Shown: piece after piece, positions 25,874 through 34,376 of the stretch
Position numbering within the stretch: the stretch's first letter is position 1
Layout of the letters: each line of letters starts with the position of its first letter
Assembly (NCBI GenBank): GCA_031400775.1
Contig: JANNQN010000437.1
Location: forward strand, 1-57,171
Source: Planctomycetia bacterium
GTDB taxonomy: Bacteria; Planctomycetota; Planctomycetia; Pirellulales; PALSA-1355
Direction of reading: 5' to 3'
Length of the DNA: 57,171 bases
Position numbers and translations under genes: made by a program
The notes under the pieces: generated by a model
The model's database searches: none
What the model saw: only the letters and a program-made list of their open reading frames with translations
What the model was told of the DNA's origin: nothing

Positions 25874-27427
25874 TCACAACGTCGGGCCGATATTCCACGG
25901 CACGAATTCTTCCTGACCGATGCCGTGGTTTTCGCTCTTGGTGTGCTTGCCGCTGGCCACGGCGATCACCTCTTCGAAAATATCGCGGCCTACGTCAGCG
26001 ACGCTGCGGCCGGAGAGCACTCCTCCCGCGTCCAGATCCATGTCGTCGATCATCCGCTCGTACATTGGCGTGTTCGTGGCCACCTTGATCGACGGCGTCG
26101 GCTTGCAGCCGAAGCAACTGCCGCGGCCGGTCGTGAAGACCATCATCTGCGCGCCGCCGGCCACGATGCCAGTCACGCTCACCGGGTCCAAGCCGGGCGT
26201 GTCCATCACGACAAAACCCTTGGCCGTGACTTGCTCGGCATATTGATAGACTTCGTTCATCGCCGTGCTGCCGGCCTTGGCGATGGCGCCTAATGATTTT
26301 TCGTAAATCGTCGTCAGGCCGCCCTCCTTATTGCCGGGCGAGGGATTGTTGTCCGGGGTGCAACCGAACAGACCCGTGTACCACTCCCACCAGTGGATGC
26401 GGTCGATCAGTTTTTGCGCGACCTCTGGCGTGCGGGCCCGCCGGGTCAGCAATTGTTCGGCGCCGTAGATCTCGGTGGTCTCGCCCAGGATGACGGTGCC
26501 GCCGGCGGCCACCAGCATGTCGCTGGCCGCGCCCAGCGCGGGATTGGCCGTGATGCCCGAGTTGCCGTCCGATCCGCCGCAGTTGGTGCCCAGGATCAAT
26601 TCCGACAGCGGCACGCTCTCGCGCTGCGTGTCGTTGGCTCGCGGCAACATCTCGGCCACCAACTGGCAGGCGGCTTCGATCGTCTTGGTCGTGCCACCGA
26701 CGTCTTGCATGCTCAACACGGGCGGACGCCGCGCGTCGCCGGCGCCACGGCCGCCGATCTGCACTAGCTTCTGATCGTCGAGCAGGTAGCCCAACGTGGC
26801 CGTTTCGCAGCCCAGACCGATCAACACATAGCCGCCGATATTCGGATGCCGGGCCATGCCGCCCATCACGCGATTGAGCGTGGCGTGCCCCTCGCCGCCG
26901 AACTGCATTCCGCAACCGCCGCCGTGCGTGAAGGCGACGACCCCGTCAATGTTGGGATAAGCCTTGAGCGCGTCGGCATTAAATCGGGCCGCCACATACT
27001 TGCTGACCGAGGCCGAGCAGTTCACGGTCGAGATCACGGCGATATAGTTGCGCGTGCCCGCTCTGCGGTCCGGTCGCTTGTAGCCCTCGAAGGTTCGACC
27101 GACCAGCGGCGCCGGCTCGGGTGGAATTTCCGTGGCCGCCGCATAGTCGCGGTCGAATTGGCCGGCCGTGAGATTGTGGGTATGAATCCACCCGCCGACG
27201 GCTATGTTCTCGGTGGCGAATCCGATCGTCTGTCCATACTTCACCACTCGCTGGCCCTTGGCCAGTGGCGCGAGCGCGACCTTGTGTCCCAGCTTGACCG
27301 TTGCGGGAAGCTCAACCGCAACTCCGCCGGCCGAGATACGCGCGCCGGCCGGCAGGTCGCGCGCGGCGACGCACACATTGTCGGCCGCGTGCAAATAAAT
27401 GACGTCGATCGGCGCGGGGTTAAACAT
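25874..27427 (-). CDS. UxaA family hydrolyase (altronate/galactarate dehydratase-like)
   Basis: 517-aa ORF. The N-terminal SAF-like domain (DNVCVAARDLPAGARI, KLGHKVALAPLAKGQRVVKYG, IAVGGWIHTHNL) is followed by the large UxaA/GarD C-terminal domain. Confidence 0.85.
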   Translation of the reverse strand: MFNPAPIDVIYLHAADNVCVAARDLPAGARISAGGVAVELPATVKLGHKVALAPLAKGQRVVKYGQTIGFATENIAVGGWIHTHNLTAGQFDRDYAAATEIPPEPAPLVGRTFEGYKRPDRRAGTRNYIAVISTVNCSASVSKYVAARFNADALKAYPNIDGVVAFTHGGGCGMQFGGEGHATLNRVMGGMARHPNIGGYVLIGLGCETATLGYLLDDQKLVQIGGRGAGDARRPPVLSMQDVGGTTKTIEAACQLVAEMLPRANDTQRESVPLSELILGTNCGGSDGNSGITANPALGAASDMLVAAGGTVILGETTEIYGAEQLLTRRARTPEVAQKLIDRIHWWEWYTGLFGCTPDNNPSPGNKEGGLTTIYEKSLGAIAKAGSTAMNEVYQYAEQVTAKGFVVMDTPGLDPVSVTGIVAGGAQMMVFTTGRGSCFGCKPTPSIKVATNTPMYERMIDDMDLDAGGVLSGRSVADVGRDIFEEVIAVASGKHTKSENHGIGQEEFVPWNIGPTL

Positions 27428-27431
27428 GAGA

Positions 27432-27501
27432 TAGTGGTCAGGGGTCAGACGGATAATCCCGACCCACGCATCCTAACTCCTCTACTGACCACTGACCACT
27501 A
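27432..27501 (-). promoter_or_regulatory. 17-nt inverted repeat (16/17 complementary) bracketing the uxaA-family translation start region
   Basis: tagtggtcaggggtcag (27432-27448) versus ctgaccactgaccacta (27485-27501). The left arm begins 5 nt upstream of the ATG at 27427. Confidence 0.4.
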
Positions 27502-27514
27502 GCCACTGACCACT
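27487..27514. repeat. heptanucleotide tandem repeat (GACCACT)x4, one copy AGCCACT
   Basis: Read directly: gaccact 27487-93, gaccact 27494-500, agccact 27501-07, gaccact 27508-14. It lies immediately downstream of the stop codon at 27520-22. Confidence 0.85.
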
Positions 27515-27519
27515 ACCAT

Positions 27520-28242
27520 TCACCCCGCCGAGGCGAAACTCGCCTCAAAGCCCAGGCTGCGCAGAAAATTGCGGGCCTCGAGATAGCTGCGGGTGTCGAT
27601 CTCGCGGATCCGATCCCTGAGCTTGGCCATCGCCGCATCGACGGTGCGGCGAATCGTGGCGTGACCTTCGACGCCGATGGCTCCATGTGACATCGCCCGC
27701 TGGGCAAACATCTGTTCGAGCACTCCGCGCTCGGGAGCAAACTCAGTGCCCTGTAACGCGCTAGGCCAAACGATTTGCCCGTTGACCGGATCGAGCAGGT
27801 TGTTGTCCAGCCGATTGGGCGCCGCGTTTTGTGCCAATCGAGCCCAAGTCTCGGGGGGGCGCGGTGGCCGCGCGGGATTGGTGTAGGCCTGGTTGATGCG
27901 CCGCATCTCGAAGTACGTGTTTGTCCACAACTTCCGGTTCTCGATTTCGCGCCTCCGTGCCTCCGCAAGATTGATCGCCGCGGCCGATGAATTCAAATTG
28001 AATTCGCCCTCGGCGCGAATCGCGTTGGCCATGCCCGTCAAGTAACTTCCGGCGGGAGTGGAGCCGGCGCCCCAGTTGTTGATGCCCCATCCGCCCCCGT
28101 CGAATCCGCCGTAGAAAGGCATGACGCCGACGCCGCCCCCAAAGCCGCCGGGAGACTGAACAACGACCTGGGCCATACCAATCGAGGCAACCAAGAGTCC
28201 AGCGCAGTACAGCCAGCCGAGTCTTGGCAGGGCGCGTGTCAT
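27520..28242 (-). CDS. hypothetical secreted protein, Gly-rich N-terminal region
   Basis: 240-aa ORF with a signal-peptide-like MTRALPRLGWLYCAGLLVASIGMAQ, then GGFGGGVGVMPFYGGFDGGGWG. The overlapping alternative ORFs are Arg-rich off-frame artefacts. Confidence 0.7.
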   Translation of the reverse strand: MTRALPRLGWLYCAGLLVASIGMAQVVVQSPGGFGGGVGVMPFYGGFDGGGWGINNWGAGSTPAGSYLTGMANAIRAEGEFNLNSSAAAINLAEARRREIENRKLWTNTYFEMRRINQAYTNPARPPRPPETWARLAQNAAPNRLDNNLLDPVNGQIVWPSALQGTEFAPERGVLEQMFAQRAMSHGAIGVEGHATIRRTVDAAMAKLRDRIREIDTRSYLEARNFLRSLGFEASFASAG

Positions 28243-28452
28243 GGCGATGTCTCCCGTTCCGCGGTGAACTCGTGATCGAATCGCAACGGCGCGGACGATC
28301 CGCTTGCTCGCCGGCGCTTCGCGCTAGTGCGGCGCACCCACTCAGATTGTATACATCCGTGAGAGAAAGGCTACAATACTTGCACAGAGAGGAAGCCGGC
28401 GATTTGGGCGTCGTTGTAGGGGGCGCCGTCACGAGACACCAGAGCACGTGCC

Positions 28453-30177
28453 ATGCGAGACAATCTGCAACAGCTTTGGCGGCGGGGGTGGACGAGTAAC
28501 TTCGGCCGCGCGACATTGTTCGTCTTGATGTTGTGCAGCCTGGGCGCTTCGCCGGCGGAAATCTCGAAGTGGACCAAGGCGCTTCGCGACGGCGACGAAA
28601 AATCGCGCATCCAGGCCATCGATGCTCTGGGACAGGCAGGCCCCGATGCCAAGGGAGCGGTCAATAGTCTCGCGCAACTTCTCGGCGATCGCTCGGCGAA
28701 GGTTCGCGCCCATGCGGCGCATGCCTTGCAACATATCGGTCCGCCCGCGGCAGAAGCGGCCAGCGCAATGGTAAAGGCCGCCGGCGATTCCGATCCGACC
28801 GTCCGCCGCGAGGCGGTGATGGCTCTCTACTACACGCGCGCCGATCGAAAGCTGGCGATTCCGGCGCTGAGCAAGGCGTTGGAAGACTCGGATCCGGCCG
28901 TGCGCGTGGCGGCCCTCGATGCGCTGACGTCGATCGGCGACGCGGCGGTGCCCACCTTGTCGAAGGCGCTCGAAAAACCGGCGCTACGCTATTGGGCGGC
29001 GCTAGCGCTCGGCGAACTAGGCGAGAAAGCGAAGCCGGCGGTCGCAGCGCTTACCGCCGCGCTCAAAGACGATCAACCCGCCACGCGCCGCGAGGTACTG
29101 GTGGCGATTGCGCGCATCGGGCCCGATGCGGCATCGGCCGTACCGGCGATCATTCCCTTGCTGGACGACAAAGACGAAGCGGTCGCGCATGCCGCTGCCT
29201 TTGCCTTGGGTCGTATGGGCCCGGCGGCCGCCGGCGCTGCCGCTGCCTTGCGTAAAGGCCAGGAGGGATCGGAAGAAGAACTGATGCGCACCGTCAGCAC
29301 CTGGGCCCTTGCGCACGTCGAGCCCGACAATAAGGAATTGCGGGCCGATGCCATCAAGCGGCTCACCTCGGCTTTGCAGGCGGAAAATCCGCGCGTGCAA
29401 TCGGCGGCTCTCAAGGCACTGATCGAATTGGAACCGGATCCCGCCAAGCTGGTGCCGGTTCTTTCCGGCGTGTTGTGCCAGGGCGAAAAGCAACTGGTGG
29501 ACGACGCGTTTGCGGCGGTGGCCGCGATGGGTGACGCCGCGACTCCAGCCCTGATCGAAGCGCTCAAGAGCCCCGAGGCGTGCTTGCGCGCGACGGCGCT
29601 ACTGGCCCAGTTGGGTCCCAAGGCCGGCGTCGCGGCGCCGGCGCTGGCTGCGGCGCTCGGCGATCCGAATCCCGAAGTCCGTCGCGAGGCCCTGTTTGCC
29701 TTGGCGTCGATGGGCCCCGAGGCGGTGCCCGCCCTAGCCGCGATCACGAAAGCTCTTGACGATCCCGAGATGCCGGTGCGTGCCATCGCTGCCTATGCCC
29801 TGGGCAGTATCGGCGAAGACGCGAAAGGCTCGATTCCAAAATTGCGAACGGAGCTCCGATCGTCCGATCCGGTGGTCCGCGTGGCGGCAGCCTGGGCGCT
29901 AGTGCATATCTCGTCCGATGTCAGCCAGGTGGCCTCCGAAGTGTTGCCCGTGCTGACCGAAGGGCTCAAGAACAACGTCGTCGCCGTACGCCGTGGTTCG
30001 GCCGAGGGCTTGGGCCATCTGGGCAAAGGGGCGCGCAGCGCCGAAGGCGCGTTGAAGGTCGCGGCTCGCGACAAAGACGAAACGGTCCGCCAAGCGGCGC
30101 TGGCCGCGCTCGAACAGTTGGGCGCGGTCCTGGATTCGCCGGTAAATCCGCGGCCCGTGCCGATTCAAAAGCGCTAG
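28453..30177 (+). CDS. HEAT-repeat (PBS-lyase-like) protein
   Basis: 574-aa ORF with a hydrophobic N-terminus and more than 12 recurring units of the form D..(P/A).VR..A..ALG.(I/M)G..A..A(V/I)P.L...L.D. Confidence 0.85.
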   Translation: MRDNLQQLWRRGWTSNFGRATLFVLMLCSLGASPAEISKWTKALRDGDEKSRIQAIDALGQAGPDAKGAVNSLAQLLGDRSAKVRAHAAHALQHIGPPAAEAASAMVKAAGDSDPTVRREAVMALYYTRADRKLAIPALSKALEDSDPAVRVAALDALTSIGDAAVPTLSKALEKPALRYWAALALGELGEKAKPAVAALTAALKDDQPATRREVLVAIARIGPDAASAVPAIIPLLDDKDEAVAHAAAFALGRMGPAAAGAAAALRKGQEGSEEELMRTVSTWALAHVEPDNKELRADAIKRLTSALQAENPRVQSAALKALIELEPDPAKLVPVLSGVLCQGEKQLVDDAFAAVAAMGDAATPALIEALKSPEACLRATALLAQLGPKAGVAAPALAAALGDPNPEVRREALFALASMGPEAVPALAAITKALDDPEMPVRAIAAYALGSIGEDAKGSIPKLRTELRSSDPVVRVAAAWALVHISSDVSQVASEVLPVLTEGLKNNVVAVRRGSAEGLGHLGKGARSAEGALKVAARDKDETVRQAALAALEQLGAVLDSPVNPRPVPIQKR

Positions 30178-30197
30178 GTCCTTGCCTTGTGGAGTTT

Positions 30198-30217
30198 CCC
30201 TGCTGGATCAGGGTTTT
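30198..30217 (+). terminator. weak terminator candidate after the HEAT-repeat gene
   Basis: ccctg (30198-30202) pairs with caggg (30209-30213) and is followed by TTTT (30214-17). The stem is only 5 bp. Confidence 0.3.
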
Positions 30218-30340
30218 CTCGTCCGCATGTGCCCGCGGGCGCAGCGAAATCGCCAATCTCTTGCCCGGCAGCTATACTTGATAGTGACGCGAGGCTGCCC
30301 CTAGTTAGGCGCTCGTGCGACAGGAACACAGAGCCGAGTC

Positions 30341-33300
30341 ATGGCGATCCCCAGCGACAGTGCGTCGATGATGCCGGCCCCGATGCCGCCGCCCGTTGCG
30401 GTTCCATCGGGCGGCAGGCTGGTCGAGTACGAAGCGTACATCGAGAGCCAGCTTCGCAAAACGCGCAGCCATGTGTGGAGCGTGGAGTTGGCCGGGGCGC
30501 TCATGCTCTTGGCCGCCGGAACGCTCGGTTATTTCTTCGTGGCGGGCCTTGTCGATCATTGGGTCGTGCCGGGCGGGTTGGGTTTCTGGGGCCGGCTGAC
30601 CGCGCTGTTCGTGTTTCTGGCCCTGGTCGCGGTGTTTCTGGCCCGGCAGGTACTGCCGCTGCTACTGCTGCGGATCAACCCGCTCTACGCGGCATACACG
30701 ATCGAGCGCAGCCGGCCCGCGCTCAAGAACGGGCTGCTCAACTTTCTGTTCTTTCGCGCCAACCCCGGCGGGATGAGCGAGGCCGTCTATCAGGCGATCG
30801 AAGAGCAGGCCGCCACCAACCTGGCCAAGGTAAACGTCGAGGCTGCGGTCGACCGCTCGAAGCTGATCCAGATCGGTTACGTGTTGGTCGGGATTATTCT
30901 GGCCTGCGCGGCCTATACGCTGTTCTCGCCAAAGGATCTGTTCAAGTCGGCCAGCCGGGTCGTCATGCCCTGGGCCGACTTGCAGGCGCCGACTCGCACC
31001 CTTATTGCCGAACTGGAACCCGGCGACTCGCAGGCCTTTCGCGGCCAGCAAGTCACGGTCAAGGCCCGCATCGAAGGCCTGCCGAGCGACGGCAAAGTCA
31101 CGCTGCTATACACCACGGCCGACGGACAAACGGTCGATCGGGCCATCGAGCTGACGCTGCCGGTCGACGGCTACAAATACGCCGCGGTGCTGCCGGCCGG
31201 CGACGCCACGCTGCAACAGCCGCTCTCGTATCGCATCGAGGCCGGAGACGCCGTCACCCGGCAGTATGCGCTCGACGTGGTCGCCGCTCCGACGATCGCG
31301 GTAAACAGCGTCGAGTACAAATATCCGGCCTATACGGGCTTGCTGGCACAGCGCGTCGAGCAGCAGGGAGACGTCAAGGCGATCGAGGGCACACAAGTCA
31401 CGATCCATGCCTTGGCTAACGAGCCGATCGAGTCGGCGTATATCGACTTCGATGGCGACGCGACGCTCGATCAGCGGATGCAAGTTGACGGCGTGAACGC
31501 GCAAGCGACGTTCACGGCGGCACTACAGCCCGACCGGACGCAAGCGGCACACCACAGTTATCAACTCGTCTTCAAGAACGAGGCCGGCCAGCAGAACCTT
31601 CAGCCGGTGCGGCACCAGATCGAGGTGACGCGCGACCTCGCGCCCGAGATCCAGTTCGTCCTGCCCAAGAAGGACGAGATCGATCTGCCGCTCAACGGCG
31701 CCGTGGATTTGGAAGTCGTGGCCAACGACCCCGACTTCGCCTTGCGGCGGATCAAGCTCTCGACGGCCAGCGGCAAGGGACCCCTCAAGGATGTCACGCT
31801 GTTGGACGAGGTTCGTCGCGGGCAGTTCGTTCGCAAGATTCGCTTCACGCCCGGCAAGCTGGGATTGAAAGCGGGCGACGTGGTCGTCTATTCGGCCGTG
31901 GCCGAGGACAACAAGGATCCGCTGCCTAATCGCACCGAGACTCCCCAGCGGCGCATCCGCTTGATTTCTCCGAGCGGCTCGCAAGCGCCGCGAGACCAGG
32001 TCGCCAAGGACGACGCGGCCGATGGACAAAAGGGCCAGCCGCAAGACAAGGGCCAAGGGGGCGGCGACGACGAGCACCCGCGCGCTGGCGAGGGCGAGCC
32101 CGAGAAAGGGCCCGGCAAACGCGACCCGGTGGCGGCCAACAAGCCGGACGCGGAACCAGGCGATCCCGCCGACGAACAGCAGCCGGGCGACGATACTGCG
32201 AAGGATGACGCTGCGGGCGAGAAGGGCGGCAAACAAGACGCCGCTCAACAAGGTGACAAACAGGGCGATACTGGCCAGGAGGGCGCCGCGGAGGGATCTG
32301 ACAAGCAATCGGCAGGCGCCGGAGAAAAGAACGGCGGCGAAAAGGGGGCCGGTGAAAAGGGCGCCGACGAAGGCGCCGAACCCAGTGCCGCTAACGACGG
32401 CTCGAACGACAGCGATGCGATCGAGCGGATCCTGAAGCATCGCGAGGAACAGAACAAAGGAGCGGGCGGCTCATCCGACGCGGACAAGGAGCCATCGCAG
32501 CAGCAGCCAGATTCAGGCAAGCAGAAGCAGTCCAAGCCCGGCCAGGACGCCGGCAAGAAATCAGCACGGCAGGACCCGGCCAACAAAACGCCGCCGCAGC
32601 CATCCGGCGATCGCGAGCAATCCGCCGGCCAACAGGACGAATCCGACCAGCCCGATCAACAGGGGAAGAAAGGTCAACAGAAGCCAGGCCAACAGAAACA
32701 ACAAGGTCCACAAGGGGCCGGCGAAAGCGGCGAAGGAGAATCAGGCGACGACGGGGCAGAAGCTCAGAAACAACAGGGTGACAAGTCGGGAAAATCTTCG
32801 GGCAAGGGAAACCGCCCCAGCGCCGATCCGCAAGATTCCGGCGAGCAGTCGGCCGATCCATCCGCCACTGAAGCCGGTAAACAGGGGCGCCCGAGCGACG
32901 CAAAGTCGGACAAGGACGACGCGAGCGATGCGCAGCCGGGCGATGACGCCGCTCAAGGCAAGTCGCGCGGCGATACCAAAACCGGCCCCAAGCCGCCGGG
33001 CGCAAAACCGGCCGCGGGAGAGCCGCAGGACACGCAGGGCGAGCAGGGTCAGCCGGCTGATACCTCCGACCAAAAAGGCGCTGGCAAGAAATCTTCCGGT
33101 GATCCCAAGAATAGCAACTCCAAGAGCGGCGCCGCGAAGGATCAACAAGACCAACCCACCTCCGGCAAAGACGCCGACCCCGGCAAGTCGGGGCAGGGCG
33201 ACAAGTCGCGGGGCGAGCCGGGCGCGAAACCGGACCAGCAGGCGCCCGGCGATGAGAAGAGTTCGGATGCCAACGGCGGCGACGGCGAAAAAGACAAGGG

Positions 33301-34273
33301 CAACTCGGGCGCTGGCCAGCGCAACGAAGGTGACAAAGGCTCGCCCAGTCCCCAGGGCGCGAATCAACCGCGCGACAAAGCGCCGCGGCAATCGTCCGAA
33401 GACCAGAAAGGACAGCCGAAAGACTCGCCCCAGTCGCCCAGCCAAAGTCATCGCGAGTCCGACTCCGAAGGCCAGGACGACGGCGATCGATCGGGCGGAG
33501 GCAAAAAAGGGGGCGGACAGAAAGCCAATAAATCGGGCACCGGTGGAGCCGGGCAGAACACACCGTCCGATGAAGGCGCGGGCCGCTCCGAAGATCCGGG
33601 CCAGGGCGAAACCTCCGATCAGGCGCCCGGCAAAGAGCCAAGCGCCGACAAGACCGGCCAGAGCGGATCGAAGCCCGGCGCGGGCACGACCAAGGCCCCC
33701 AGTGGCGGCAACGAACCGCAAGCTGCAGCCGACAAACCGCCCGGCGGCGGTGGCGAAGCGGGCCAGTCGCCGGCGCAAAATCCTCAGGGCCCGTCTGAAT
33801 CGGGCGCCTCGAACCAACCTGGCGGCGGCAAGCCCGGCGCGAACCAATCGCCGGATCGCCCCTGGACTCCAACGACCGACGCAGCCGAAAAAGCCAATCT
33901 CGACTATGCCCGCAAGGCGACGGATTTGGCGCTATCGCATCTCAAGGACGAGTTGGCCAAGGATCGGCCCGATCCCGAGTTGTTGAATCGTTTAGGATGG
34001 ACCCGCGGCGACCTGGAAAAATTCGTCAAGCGCTGGGAGCAACTGCGCGGCCCGGCCCGGACCAATGGCGAGAGCGGCGCACCGGCCCAGCACGAGCTGG
34101 ACGAGGCCTTACGGAGCCTGGGCTTGCGGCCCCGCGCCACGAGCATGCAAGGAAACGCCGGGCGGGACGACAAATCGCAAGGCTATAAAGAATCGCGCCG
34201 CACCAGCCCGCCGCCGGAATATGCCGAGCAGTACAAGGCCTACACGCAAGGGACCGCAAAAGGCGGAAAATAG
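30341..34273 (+). CDS. large membrane-anchored protein with beta-rich ectodomain and very long low-complexity region (DUF4175-like organisation, tentative)
   Basis: 1310-aa ORF. Two N-terminal hydrophobic helices (LAGALMLLAAGTLGYFFVAGLV; LTALFVFLALVAVFLARQVL), a roughly 450-aa ordered region, a K/D/Q/G/P/S/A-rich tract, then a conserved-looking C-terminus (LDYARKATDLALSHLKDEL...PPPEYAEQYKAYT). Confidence 0.85.
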   Translation: MAIPSDSASMMPAPMPPPVAVPSGGRLVEYEAYIESQLRKTRSHVWSVELAGALMLLAAGTLGYFFVAGLVDHWVVPGGLGFWGRLTALFVFLALVAVFLARQVLPLLLLRINPLYAAYTIERSRPALKNGLLNFLFFRANPGGMSEAVYQAIEEQAATNLAKVNVEAAVDRSKLIQIGYVLVGIILACAAYTLFSPKDLFKSASRVVMPWADLQAPTRTLIAELEPGDSQAFRGQQVTVKARIEGLPSDGKVTLLYTTADGQTVDRAIELTLPVDGYKYAAVLPAGDATLQQPLSYRIEAGDAVTRQYALDVVAAPTIAVNSVEYKYPAYTGLLAQRVEQQGDVKAIEGTQVTIHALANEPIESAYIDFDGDATLDQRMQVDGVNAQATFTAALQPDRTQAAHHSYQLVFKNEAGQQNLQPVRHQIEVTRDLAPEIQFVLPKKDEIDLPLNGAVDLEVVANDPDFALRRIKLSTASGKGPLKDVTLLDEVRRGQFVRKIRFTPGKLGLKAGDVVVYSAVAEDNKDPLPNRTETPQRRIRLISPSGSQAPRDQVAKDDAADGQKGQPQDKGQGGGDDEHPRAGEGEPEKGPGKRDPVAANKPDAEPGDPADEQQPGDDTAKDDAAGEKGGKQDAAQQGDKQGDTGQEGAAEGSDKQSAGAGEKNGGEKGAGEKGADEGAEPSAANDGSNDSDAIERILKHREEQNKGAGGSSDADKEPSQQQPDSGKQKQSKPGQDAGKKSARQDPANKTPPQPSGDREQSAGQQDESDQPDQQGKKGQQKPGQQKQQGPQGAGESGEGESGDDGAEAQKQQGDKSGKSSGKGNRPSADPQDSGEQSADPSATEAGKQGRPSDAKSDKDDASDAQPGDDAAQGKSRGDTKTGPKPPGAKPAAGEPQDTQGEQGQPADTSDQKGAGKKSSGDPKNSNSKSGAAKDQQDQPTSGKDADPGKSGQGDKSRGEPGAKPDQQAPGDEKSSDANGGDGEKDKGNSGAGQRNEGDKGSPSPQGANQPRDKAPRQSSEDQKGQPKDSPQSPSQSHRESDSEGQDDGDRSGGGKKGGGQKANKSGTGGAGQNTPSDEGAGRSEDPGQGETSDQAPGKEPSADKTGQSGSKPGAGTTKAPSGGNEPQAAADKPPGGGGEAGQSPAQNPQGPSESGASNQPGGGKPGANQSPDRPWTPTTDAAEKANLDYARKATDLALSHLKDELAKDRPDPELLNRLGWTRGDLEKFVKRWEQLRGPARTNGESGAPAQHELDEALRSLGLRPRATSMQGNAGRDDKSQGYKESRRTSPPPEYAEQYKAYTQGTAKGGK
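31970..33850 (+). other. low-complexity coding tract (about 630 codons) inside the 1310-aa gene
   Basis: The translation is dominated by G, K, D, Q, P, S, A and E (for example GEKNGGEKGAGEKGADEG and KKGQQKPGQQKQQGPQG). Long spurious ORFs appear in other frames on both strands. Confidence 0.85.
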
Positions 34274-34376
34274 TCCCTCGCAGCAGCGTGCGACGCGGTA
34301 GCAGGCTACCATGGAACGTTCGGCGCGGCGGATTGCCGCGCGAAAGTGGTTCCTTCCTTCTTTCAGCCACCCGCGC

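Noticed and set aside
27487-27514. Possible CRISPR array or other spacer-repeat structure
   Set aside because: The repeat unit is only 7 nt and strictly tandem with no spacers. It is a microsatellite, not a CRISPR array. I saw no CRISPR-like repeats anywhere in the window.
32391-33986. Three long ORFs (493, 368 and 402 aa) overlapping the low-complexity tract of the 1310-aa gene
   Set aside because: They are artefacts of the repetitive, purine-biased coding tract. Their translations are monotonous Arg/Pro/Ala/Ser strings, and only the 30341..34273 frame has ordered N- and C-terminal domains.
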